Made by a program: the position numbers and the translations under genes. A model generated the notes under the pieces. It had not been told where the DNA came from, ran no database searches, and was given only the letters and a program-made list of their open reading frames with translations. This document shows, piece by piece, positions 17,501 to 37,453 of a stretch of 64,000 bases of DNA (its first letter is position 1; every line of letters begins with the position of its first letter). The stretch is taken from NCBI GenBank assembly GCA_964035545.1, contig OZ037766.1, positions 11,274,722 to 11,338,721 on the forward strand, in the 5' to 3' direction. This DNA comes from Bugula neritina. Its lineage: Eukaryota; Animalia; Bryozoa.

Positions 17501-20280
17501 AGAGTCATTTCAACGCACCATTAAAATGCTTTACATGAACCAAATAGCTTCTTTACATGTATCTAATTGTTTTAAATATATGTGGAGCTTTAGCAAATTG
17601 AAGGATAGTAAAGAGCAGCTTTAGGTGGACAAATATATGCATGCGTGTATGTATGCACACATCGCTCTGGTAAGTTACATGTATTTTCTCATGCGATGAA
17701 ACAATATTGTAGGTGATTGTACTTCGTTTAATTATATTTTATAGGCATCGAGATTCAATTTACCACACACACACACACACGCTCGCACATGCACACACAC
17801 CCACACACACGTACATGCATTAAAACACATGCTGCAGACATTTATATATACTGTATATAATTCATTATTACAAACCATTGAACGTGCCACCAGCTAACAA
17901 TGCTGGCTGTTCAGGGTGAAAGTCTAAAGACATGAGACAACTAGAAGTGTCAACCACAGTGTCAGGCTTGTTTCCATTCACATTAGTTTTATTGATGTTC
18001 CAAGTGCATACACTGGACTTATGTGTGCACCAATCCTCATGGTCATAGCGGGCATAACTGTTGGTTGTAACATTTAAGGAAGGTCAAAATTCAGAAAATT
18101 GATTCTGTGGGTTTTGAAAGATAAACAAGCTAAGTCATTGAACATGACAGACATTATTAGCACACCTTTCACTGTTTTTGTTCTATGCCGGTAGGTGAAA
18201 GACTAATTGTGATACAATATATAAAGTGTGTAGACTGTAGAATATTGAACATACATAGCTACATATGGTAATTGAATCATCTCTTAATACACTCTAAATT
18301 AACTGCAAAGACCCATGGTTCTACTTAAACTCCAGCATGCTAAATAAAAACACTTAAACGGGTTTAGAGAGCCGTTCCCATTAGCCAACTAACAAATTTA
18401 ATCAATTTGCTATATAACACATTATCAAATGGTGATACAAAGATAGCTTTTGCCAACAATGTTTTGAGCTGTCAACTTTCTACTACTCTGTAGCATCAAT
18501 GCAACAGTTTTCAGTTGTTGTAACATCAAGAGCAATAGCTGTTCATTTATAGAATAAATAAAGGATACGAGGCAGCAAGCACAGAGCCTGTACAGTTCCA
18601 GTTGAGACTAGAGACTGCTAGATGACCACCATGTTCCTCGTAATTTAGTGTGTAGATCACATTACACTGACCAGAGTCAAGGTCATCTGCTGGTGAATAT
18701 CCTACAAGAGTAGCACAATTCATAGATGTACAAATCTATTTATAGTAGAAATCTCTGTGATGTAAAGGTCTGGCCACATAGAGCAGAATTTTGAGCGAAA
18801 ATGCGTAGGCAGTGAAAACCTGCTGCTACATACAATATATTGACAGCAGAGAGAGACTCAAGTGACCAATTGTGTTTCTTCGTGAATTTACTGTCTCCCC
18901 TATGCTATAAATTTCATTTTAAAATCGTACTAATGATTTTTGATAATATGTAATTAATTACAATTAAAATGTGAAACTAATACTTAAAAAGTGGACTCAC
19001 TAAATAATACTACTTAATAATATTTTGAAAGAAATTGCTAGCAAAACTTCAGCAGTTGAATAGTTTTTACTCGACTGGGTATTTTGGAGCTAGCATTTGA
19101 TAAGCTGAAGAAAGTGTAATAACCAAACAAGTAATAAAAAATAAACCAAGTTCTACCATCAAATGCAGTACTCTGGAGGTTTTTACTCAGAACCTTTGAT
19201 ATCACAGGCTCAATATTTCTAAGGAAAGCTGCTAAAGCTTCTGTATCAGCTTCTTCTACCAAGCGGTAATCTTTCTCGTCACTATCTGTTTGTATCTGCA
19301 ATCGAGTTTACTATGTTGATTGAATTAGACTACATGAAATTCTTATACCCTTATAAAGCCTGTACTCTTTATCACAATATATTATACCCTCAAAAGATGC
19401 AGTACTACAAAAATGTTATATCACTGCAGCATATTATTACAATACAAACTTGCACTACCCCCATTTGCTTATTGTAATCATTACTATATAATATATTATA
19501 AGCTTTATGTTATATAGCACATTACTTCAAACTCACAAAGATATAGAATGTTTAGGAACAGTGAAAAACCCACAATCATAGAGTTTTTTTAATGTAAATA
19601 GTGCAAATATTATAAAACATTTGTCTATAATTCGGAATCGGCGCATTCACAATTTTGGTTATGGAGCATGGTACTTTTCTCAAGTTATGCAAGTAATAAT
19701 AAGGTACAAATGGTATGAAATTGATGTTAAGATTTTCTTGATGTAGCATACCTGCACATCACATTTGTGAAGGGCTTGCACAGCTGCTTCATCTATTCTC
19801 AGTGGTTTGGTTTGCGTCCCAGAGTTATGAAAATCTCTAATAAAAACACACACATATATAATATGTGAGCAAGTTACAATCAAGTATGCAAATGTGATTG
19901 CATCTCTAAAATGTAGTTAAACATTATTGAAATAATTCAAAACGATTAGTAGAAAGTGTGTCAACTACAGAAATTATTGCTTTATATAATTATTTCAATT
20001 ACCTAGCCTACAATACTAAGTCTTTCAATTTATTGGATAGTAATAAATTAGCTATATCACTAAAAAATTATGTATCATCACTGGTCTAGTACCTACACAT
20101 CATTTATTTGCAACATATAACAATGCTTAGAGTTTTTAAATTAATTTGTGTTTTTATTTCAATATTCTGGCCTTAGTTTGAATAGTTTGAATACAATTTA
20201 TATATTAATCAATATACGCACCTTTCTTTTCGCCATGCAGATTTAAAGTCTACTACCCCTACTGTTTCATCAGCAAACAT
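14568..20280 (-). CDS. DYNC2I2: Cytoplasmic dynein-2 intermediate chain 2 (WD repeat protein 34); 11 coding exons
   Basis: MFADETVGVVDFKSAWRKER..GTQT..IQTD..LAAFLRNIEPVISKVL..NWNCTGSVLAAS|YARYDHEDWCTHKS..FHPEQPALLAGGTFNG..GLDGKMLVW..HCGPVYSVNSSPYHRNLFLSCSSD..RWSPTKPLVFAV..ATGDAIGVIKVWQL..GQD*; WDR34 signature motifs. Confidence 0.95.
17764..17812. repeat. (CA)n microsatellite
   Basis: Imperfect CACACA run in a WDR34 intron. Confidence 0.8.
18058..18568 (-). other. U12-type (minor spliceosome) GT-AG intron in DYNC2I2/WDR34
   Basis: 5' splice site GTATCCTTT (18568-18560); branch-site-like TTCCTTAAAT (18081-18072) close to the CAG acceptor; no polypyrimidine tract; splicing restores the ...LAAS-YARYDH frame. 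Confidence 0.88.
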
Positions 20281-21177
20281 TCTTTATGGCTGTCTAAGGA
20301 ACTAATGTAATTACACTCAGTCAACTAGTCCACTAACCAGATAGTACTATAAATGATTGCCAACTGGTGATTAAGCCTTTTAGGATAGTACCTGCAAATT
20401 GTAATAATGATTGCACCCACATAGTAATTGTTATTTACATTATTTCTTTGCAATTAAAAATTACAAAAAACTTAGAAAAGTACCTATTCCTTTTGCGTAT
20501 AATTTCACCATGTTATTCTGCAGCAATAAACCTCATCCTTTTATAATACTTTACTTGTTGTTTGCTCAATTTGCTACTTTGTAAGCTCAAGTTTTTTTGT
20601 TGGTTAGCAAATATAAATCAAATTATAAAAAAAGGATATTATAGTTGAATAGAAACTTTGAATGCAATAATTCCCAATTTTTTAATATAATATATATCAT
20701 GTTATTTTGAAACCCAATTACCAATTCAACTATGTTACATATTCAAGCACCTGTTGCACAATGACTATCACTATGACTATTACGGTGTCTAACAGTTATA
20801 CATATTGACATTATGACTATTATTTCTAGGACTAATACCACAGATACTCATTCTATATCACAGCTACTAAAACTAAACTGAAACTGTAGGCATAATTGTT
20901 GTCATAGTCTAAGTATGCAGGGATTTTAATTAAAAATGTTAAGACTACATTTCCTGAATAGACCTAGTACTAAGGTTTTATCTACTAGTAAAAGATCAAG
21001 ATGTACCACTTGCTAATATAGTATCACATTTACTATTAGTATTAGTATAGCTAAATGACTGAACGCTAATACTTATAATATGACTATAAGTACAAGTATA
21101 AGTTAATGAGTTATAGTTATACTTATAGTTATACTACTTATGTTATACTTATACCAAGTGTACTTTACTATAAATAC

Positions 21178-23170
21178 AGCTCTTAAACTGTGATGTTGGT
21201 ACGTCCAGACCATGTTAACTGGTCTGTCCACCAACTTACAGAACATCAGAGACACTCGAAAAACTGCCATCATAAATGACAGACTCAAGAAATTAAGAGC
21301 CGACATTGCTACCCTTCAAGAAACATGATTAGCTGATCATGGCACTCTGAAGGAAAAGGACTACACGCTTTACTGGCAGGGAAGAAGTTCTAATGATCGA
21401 AGAGTATACGGAGTAGGCTTTGCAGTGAGGAACAGCCTCTTGAGTATGATAGAGCCAGGTAGTAATAGCTCAGAGAGACTCACAAGACTTTGTCTCAACA
21501 CCACTAGTGGCCCTGTCAACCTTGTCAGTGTGTATGCCCCAACACTATCTGCCACACCAGATGCCATGAACAAGCTCCACGAGAACCTCGCATGCATCAT
21601 CAGGGACATCCCCAGCACAGAACGGTTATTTCTACTGGGCGATTTCAATGCCCGGATGGGTGCCGATCATGACCCTACAGCTCCCTTGTTTAGGACACTT
21701 TGGTGCTGGAAGATTGAATGACAATAATCAGAGGCTGCTCAAAATCAGTGCTCTCTACAACTTGTGCATTACCAACACTTACTTCAAAGCCAAGCCACAA
21801 CACAAAGTTTTCTGGAGACGCCCGTGTTCCAATCAATGGCACCGACTGGACATGATCCTTACTAGACGTAATGCCATCGGGAATGTCTTCCACACCCGCT
21901 TCTATCACAGTGCAGACTGTGATACAGACCACTCTTTTGTAAGCTGCAAAATCAAGCTCCTACCAAAGCGGTTCCACCATACCAAAAAAACTGGGAACCC
22001 TGGCATTTGTGGATCAATTTGCGAATGTTTTTCAAAAATAATTCTCTCCCTCGCAGCCTGGCAAATCTGCCACAGCAAAATGGGAGAACCTGCAAAACTC
22101 TATACACAGTGCAGTCGTGATCGCTTTTGGTAAAAATACTTCGAAGTCGCATGATTGGTTTGATGCAACGTCGACTGAGATGACGCCGATCATCGAAGCT
22201 AAGCGTGCTACCCGGGCAGAATACAAGCAATCACCCAGTGAACAAAACCTTCATATTCTTATGGCTGCCAGGAGTAAAAGTAGACAGGCTGCCAGGCATT
22301 GCGCCAATGAGTACTGGACCGAGTTCAGCAAAAGTATCCAAAACACAGACGCAACAGGAAATGTCAGAGCAATGTACAATGGTATCAAGAAGGCAATAAG
22401 AACAATCCAAAACAAGATGGCTCTTTCAAATCTTCTACTGAGAAAACAAATCACTGACTAAGGAAAACAGATGAAAAGATGGTAGAACACTACACCAACC
22501 TATACTCTCACCAGAATGTTGCGTCTTCTTTGGGTTTTAATGCAATCGAATGTATATCTACTCTTGATGCTGAACCTACTGTGGATGAACTTAATAAAGC
22601 CATTGATAGTTTGACCCAGAGCAAAGCACCTGGCAGCAATGGAATACCTCCTGATTTCATCAAGTGCTGCAGGACCACTCTTCTATGTCTCCTGCATAAA
22701 GTTCTTCGCCAATGCTGAGAAGAAGGTACTGTACCACAAGACATAAGAAATGCAAAAAAACACCATACTCTATAAAAACAAAGGAGAGAGAAATGACTGC
22801 AACAACTACAGAGAAATCTCACTCCTTAGCATCCCTGGCAAAGTATTTGCCAAAGTTGTCCTGGCTCACCTATATATATTAACTGAACGAGTCTACCCTG
22901 AGCTGCAGTGTGGTTTCTGTGCTAAAAGGTCAACAATTGGCATGATCTTCTTTTTGCGCCAGCTACAGGAAAAGAAAAACTTCTTAGTGCAGCCGCTGAA
23001 AAGAGGGCAGCAGAAGGGCTCAGGCCATCACCAACAGACCAGAGTCTACTTACAAATGTGACCTCTGTGGCAAGGACTGCCATTCACACATTGGTTTGCA
23101 CAGCCACAGGCGTCGCTGCTCAGCCCAATCATAGGGTGCATTCAATGGTCGAATTGACCGACTGAGACCA
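21178..23170 (+). mobile_element. Degenerate, internally deleted RTE-clade non-LTR retrotransposon (APE endonuclease, N-part of RT, C-terminal C2H2 finger, 3' UTR)
   Basis: LKL*CWYVQTM..DIATLQET*..GVGFAVRN..SVYAPT..LLGDFNARMG..LDMILTRR..DCDTDH; KAPGSNGIP..LYKNKGERNDCNNYREISLLS..PELQCGF..IFFLRQLQEK; then YKCDLCGKDCHSHIGLHSHRRRC and a 3' GGTC..GACCGA stem. Multiple stops and frameshifts. Confidence 0.92.
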
Positions 23171-23539
23171 AATTCCAAAAATATAATACTTATAGTTTAA
23201 TTCTTATGCTATTACTATTAGTATTACCATTAGTATTAGTATTACTACTACTATTAGTATCACAATATCAATAGTAATACTAAAAGTATTAGTTATAACT
23301 TATACATGCATAGTGTGATAGTTATAATAATTATTATTAATCTTAGATTTAATGATAATATTATAATTATATATTGTATATTTTATTATTTATATTAACT
23401 TCAAGTTTAACATCAGCATTTATAATTTATATATTATTAGTATTATATTTATTGACAAATTCAACACGTCTTTGGCAATATTTTACAAATTCTGATTTCA
23501 ACCTTCAAAGTATAATAATTCAAATGTGGAGATTTGCTT

Positions 23540-23760
23540 GTCAGCTGAGTCGGTGATCGCCAATAGTAACATATCAACATAATAATATTGTTTCATGGCG
23601 ATCGCTTTCAAAATTTTTTGCTAAGATCGGTATGCGAATTTTGCCGAATGTTGCTGGAAGCAGCACCGAGTTGATAACCGCTGAGTACATTAGCTGGAAG
23701 TGTGTTGAGTTTAGCGTTAGGAGTTTGCGTAATACACTACATGTATATACAATAGCTGCA
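23540..23760. promoter_or_regulatory. Putative divergent promoter for WDR34 (-) and the Src kinase (+), with two X-box-like (RFX) elements
   Basis: CpG-retaining patch with ATCGCCAATAGTAAC (23556-23570) and GTTTCATGGCGAT (23590-23602). Candidate donors at 23502 (-) and 24241 (+). Confidence 0.5.
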
Positions 23761-24329
23761 CTTAGTCACCCAAACTTGGTGCTGCTTCTAGAAATATTTT
23801 TGTTACGCAAAGTGTAACCAGAGTTCTTTATTTCCATTATTACTAATGGACTGGAAAATGTTCCAGTCTATTAATTATTACTATAATATAATTCGGCTGT
23901 GCATGCATGGAAGATTTAGATGGCAATAATGGCTGTTATTGCTGCACTGTGTATTAAATGTTGACCGGTCAAGTGAGTTTATGTTTAGAGGAGAGGCGTC
24001 CTATTTCTTTTAATGCTCTGCATTTCTAACAAAATGCTACTTTTTCTAAAAAGTGCCATCTTGTTAGAATTGCAGTCCAAGCTGCTGTTTCCTCAAAAAT
24101 TGACCAATCAAAGTAGATTTAGCAACTTCCTCGTACTTGGATGTTAAAAACCAAATTCTGCGGTGCCTTCACATTCACAATATTAGTGACAATGATAAAA
24201 ACTAGATATCTTTAGATGCAAATCAGGGTTAATTGTTGGTGTAAGTGCTATAAACGTGTTTGCTTACGCTAAAGCTTTTACCTTTAAAAAGTTTAAGGTG
24301 ATTTATTAACATAGTTGTTAAAAATTTTC

Positions 24330-25720
24330 ATAGTTTATTAATAATAATTGTTATTGTATTACATTTACTAAGACTAAGAGTAAAACACTAAGAGTAAGAA
24401 TTTACTTATTACTATAACTATAAGTATTACTATTAGTATTACTCTATTAGTATAACTATAATCATTACTGATTACTATTACTATTACTATTAGTATTACT
24501 ATTAGTATTACTATTAATATTAATATTAGTAATAGTATTACTATTACTATTAGTATTAAGTTCAACTTTGAGTTAAATATTTATTATTATTTAATAATAA
24601 TTTTAAATTATATTATTAAATTTAATTTTAAATGTAATATTAATTTAAATTTAACACCAACTTTAAGTTGAAGTTTAATATTGCAATTTCTAATATTTAT
24701 ATTGTAGTTATCGTCAGTATTAATAAATTGAAGTAATAAATATAATAATTATAATAATCATCAAATCTAGCGTCTGATTTAGTTTTATAACTTAGCAGTA
24801 TTACTATTACTATTAGTATAACTATAATCTATAAGTATAACTTGAAGTTAAATCATTAGTATTACTATTAGTATTAGTATAACTACAAGTGTTACATGAT
24901 ACATTTAGTTTTACTATACTCTTAAATAAAGTATAAATTATGTAGTCTATACTCCATAACATTAACCATAATTATAATAACTAAAAAGTATAAGTTAATG
25001 TATAAGTATTACTATTACTATTAGTATTAGTATCACTATCTTTATTAAACTTAGAGTTAGTGTTACTGTTACTCACTGTTAGTAATGCTAATCATAATCA
25101 TAATACCTAATAGACAATAGTAATACTAATACTACGTCTACTTTACTAGTAAGTGTTAGTGTAATTTATGACTATAACTAAAACTAAAAGTATATGTTTC
25201 ATCATTATGATTGCTATCCTATAGTTGTTAGTATTAGTATCACTATGACTATTGAGTGTGAGGTTGAGAGTGAGTGTTGATGCAACTGTCAGTGTCAGCA
25301 GTTAAGATTTGATATTTGCAAGCTGAACTTACGTTTTATTTTTGTTGTTTAATTTTATTTCAACTTTTGCATTTTGCTACAAATTTATAGCATCAAGTTC
25401 AACTCACTATTGCCACTGCATTTTTTTATTGATTTGATGATGATAATCATAATCATAATGATAATATTAATTATGACTGCTGTTGTAGAATTAGGATATA
25501 ATACTAATTATAATATTAATTCCTATTGACATTAATAATTATTGAAAAATAGGCAGTGACACTTTTGCTGGTGCTAATAGATATAATTTGAGTATTGTAT
25601 GACAATAAATATAATAGTTAGAATATTATTGACTGTAATGTATAATCATATACTTACAATAGTAATACTAATAGTATTTAGCTATAAAACCGTAGCATGA
25701 ATATTAGTACTACAAGTATT
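24330..25720. repeat. Low-complexity TATTAC/TATTAG/TTATAG degenerate simple repeats
   Basis: Directly visible 3/6-nt periodic tracts, purest at 24405-24560. Confidence 0.85.
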
Positions 25721-27065
25721 ACTAGAAGAAAAAAGTAAATGTTTTCATTGATACTTATATTATAATGGTTATTATTTTAACTTGAGAATATAATAAATTT
25801 AATTTTCATATCCATGAATTAAATATAATAATATGATTGTAAGTGTTAATTTTTAACATAATTTTATAATTTATGTTTTCAAGATAAAACTCTCAAAAGT
25901 TAGAAAGCTCACAAGCAAAGTTACTCCCAAAACCAATTGGTTTTAAACGCAACCATTTTTTAATTATCTTAGAGTCATTTTTCTCTGAATATTTATGCTC
26001 AAAATATATGCACTACATTCTTGTTTTCAGCAGTTGTTTTTAACTAAATTGAGATTTGTTGCACGTCAATTCTTTTTCAGAATGTACTTTTTAGTGTAAT
26101 TGGAATACCTGAAATGTATTTTCTCTACTCAGCACAAAAGATGTTGACTATGAGCGAATTGTGTAAAAAGCATTTTGACGCTATTTATATGTTATCAACC
26201 TCTGATAGTCATTTTTACTGTTACTTTATGCAAAGTTGACTTAGATTTAAATAAGCAGCTGTCTACCAATACTAAATTTATCGAATTTTCTTTAGCATGC
26301 AACTCAACAAATTAAGATCCTTCAAGTCAACAACTTTTAAAATTCACTTAACTTTCGACTTTTTTAAAAGTTATAAGGAACTTTGTGAATCCATGTAGTG
26401 TTATTGCAAGTTCTTAATACATATTTTAGGCTATCCTATAATCAGTCTTTCAAACATTTGACAAGTGAAACAGGTACAAGTACTGTATATGCTGTGTCTT
26501 GCTAGTGAAAGCTTTGTTGATCGGTTTCAGTTCTAATCACTTATAGCTCAGCGAATGGTAAGTAGACATGCTGATACCTTGTAGTTTATACAAATAATTG
26601 TTGTCTTCAAAAACTTGCTCCTATTTATGTTCTTTCATTGCTTTCTACTCAAATCTATACTCTGTGGCTTGTCCTGGCTGACTTAGGTTGTCACATAAGT
26701 TGGCATCTGCAGTTTTTTCAATAGAAAACTTCACTAGCTAAAAAAGTCTATATTAAATTAACCAAAATATCTATTATAAAAATATACTTGTCAAGCCTGT
26801 ATTATACTGCTATGTACTGGATGTATTCAATATTATGCCGAATTTTATCACAGTTTCTAATATTTGATGAGAAATATGAATGGTTACTGGTTTTATCCCT
26901 CATAGACCATTTCTTTTCTTGCACCATGGCACAAAAACGAGCTAGTGCTAATAATGTTGATTAGAAACCTAGCAAGTGTTGGTGACTTAAAGTTATTTTT
27001 TCTTAGAGCTTTATATTTAATGTTTTCTTCGTGTACAAGGCTTATGCTTTATGTACTGTAGCGAG

Positions 27066-34687
<7,622 letters not shown>

Positions 34688-35730
34688 ACCTTGTAATCGT
34701 TGGAACAGGTCGCCGTTTTTTTCAAAGTCTCAGTCAACAATATTCCGTAACTGCATCACAAACTTTAAAAATGATTCTTCATTTTAACATTAACTCAACA
34801 GTCTCATTAAAATTGTTTGAGTTGTCTAACCGATCATCACAAGGGCCCACTGATTAATGACCACTTAAAATTAATTTGTATGATTTCTTTCTATTTTAAT
34901 TGATATGGCTTCCGTATGATTTCAATTCACAATCCCTTGAATGTGCTTAAAAATCCTAATTTACCATGAGTTTGATGATTTCCAATAACTTTGATTGAAA
35001 TAGTTTTCATCCAATATTACTGGTGCCAATAGTATTTTGAATTATGTAATTGAAAAAATTAGCCAACTATTTTCCTCAGATGATATTTTTTAAAAAACCC
35101 TTTTTTAAAATAGATTTTCATATCGCTATGTGTTTATAAAACTTCTCCCTAGATAAAATTACTTTTTATTCAATGGTTGGGCACCAAATTATGATATTAC
35201 TAGCAGTGTTTGATTTATCCAATAAACTATAGTATTTCATTGAGTATTGCTAGTTATGTAAACTTGTTACTGCTTGTCAATTGTTTTTAAAACATGGGTA
35301 TTTTTACATATATTTTGCACATTATTTTTTATCCAGACCTAATTTTATAAAATATTTCCTCTTAATACTTCACTTTTATCATAAAATGCACCCAATTAGT
35401 TATAATTATATTATCAATTTTTTTTTAAATAAATAAAAACATTGACAATCCTAACTTGATGGCTACTGTAACAAGTCTTTTAATATCATATAATAAAATA
35501 ATATTGATTAATACTGTCAATTTTATTTATAAACATATTTTTGCAAGTGAAATCAATATGATAGTAGGCTGCATAACCTTAGAAAACTGAAGTAAGCAAG
35601 GCTCCAACTGTAAAAGTTATCCAATGTGTATTGTGAAGGAATTTATAGCAAAAATGTTGAAAATAGTATTATTTCTTCACTTGATACATTTATGTTGTGC
35701 TTTTTAACTTATTAAAGTATAATTGAAGTT

Positions 35731-36033
35731 AAAAAAAAGGAATGGGTCCAACTGTGTTAGACAGGCTACCACAGAACTCCTATTCACGGGCGCTATCCCA
35801 CTACTGCACCATGCGGAAGCTTTTGCCTGCTGTGTTTCCACCCTGGGCCGGTACGCTTCTCTTTAGGCAACCTGGTCACATCAAGCTCCCCTAATGTCAC
35901 CATGTTGACACCGTGCTTAGTGCGGACGCCCGATCAACATAGGCAGGCCTGCAGCAGAGCCCCTGCCCTCAAGCCGTCCACCAAACCTAGCCTCCAAGTA
36001 GCTGGATTACAGGAGTACGCCACCACTCCCAGC
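35731..36033 (-). ncRNA. RN7SL: Signal recognition particle RNA (7SL), apparently intact Pol III gene
   Basis: Minus strand GCTGGGAGTGGTGGCGTACTCCTGTAATCCAGCTACTTGGAGGCT (Alu domain)...GATCGGGCGTCCGCACTAAG...helix 6 GGAG loop...CCCAGGGTGGAAACACAGCAGG (helix 8, SRP54 site)...AGTAGTGGGATAGCGCCCGTGAATAG; about 300 nt ending in a T8 terminator. Confidence 0.97.
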
Positions 36034-36469
36034 TGCTGTACGCAAATTAAAATAATGACCAAATGAATCATAACTTTACACCACCAATCAAACGTACCAA
36101 TTTTTGTTTATGTCCAATCACATTTATCACTACACGAACATTAGCTTATCCACTGTTAACATCGTTAGACAATTGAATCTTGATACTCCAGAGCAAAAGC
36201 AAGTAAACGGTCTAATCTTTGTAACGTCGTTCCTGTAGCTTGAGGTTATCGGGTTCTAGCGAGCAACAACGCTGCTATCACCAAGATTTAAAGTTGACTT
36301 AAAAATAATAGTGCATAGGCTAAACAACAATTTCCTTTTCTCCTTTCTTTCATCAGCTTTGCATTGCATCTCCCATTCATTTTATACTTGCCTATCGAAG
36401 GCTCTCACTCAGACAAGTTAAAATACCGTTTTATCGTGTTATATTCAATATCTTATATTATTCATAGTT

Positions 36470-37320
36470 GAATCACTATGAGTATGACTATCAGTATGAA
36501 ACTATAAATTTAAAGTGTCAGTGTGTTCATTTCAATCTAAAAGTATTAGTAAATCTGTTTTGATTTTCAAATTGAAATATTCATATTCATATTGATATTG
36601 CCTTTGTCATTGAATTTGATTTTCGCACTCTGAGACAATATTCAATAGCCATAGGTATAACTTATACTTATAGTTATAAGTTATAACAGTAAGAGCAGTA
36701 CTAATAGACAATAGCAATACTCAAACAATAATACTTATATTTATAGAACTATGTACTTAAAATTATAAATATAACTATAAGTATAACTATAGTATAAGTA
36801 TAACTCTATAAACTATAAACTTAAAGTATAACTATAAGTTATCTGTTATACTGTATAACATCAACTATAAGTAGAAGTTATATTTTGTAAGTTATACTTA
36901 TAGTTATAGTTATAGAGTTATACTTGCATTTATAGATTTGAGTTATGTTAAACTTAAAGTTATTGTTGTTGTTATTGTTAATTGTAGTGCTAATACTAAT
37001 AGTAATACTAGTAGTACTAGTAGTAGTAATGCTTCCAGTTTGAGTAATCAGTAATAATAATGTAAGTAGTAATACTAATACCAACTAAGAGTGAGTAAAA
37101 AGCTAATCCTGTAACACTGAAAACAATGAAAAGGATGCTGTAATAGTAATACTAATTTTATTAATAGTAATACTAATAATGAGTATAATATTTAAATAAA
37201 TATAGTAATGGTTTGAATTTAAGTTATCATGATTATTTGATAGTTACTCTTATACTTATACAGTTATAGGAAATGTAGTAGTAATAGTTATAGTCTAATA
37301 CTACTAATAATTATCAACTC
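36470..37320. repeat. Low-complexity TTATAG/CTATAA/AGTAAT simple repeats upstream of the NARS start codon
   Basis: Visible hexamer-periodic tracts. Confidence 0.8.
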
Positions 37321-37453
37321 TGATGGACAAACTCTCAGTAATAGTTAGATTTTACCTATGTTTCAATGACAGTCCAACTATCACCCAATATTTCTTAAAA
37401 CATGGTGATTATTATATTGAATTTGTTATTTATTATAGTGATTATAATTATTA

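Noticed and set aside
35975-36033. Alu-like sequence suggesting primate contamination
   Set aside because: It is the Alu domain of a complete, divergent 7SL gene with an S domain and Pol III terminator.
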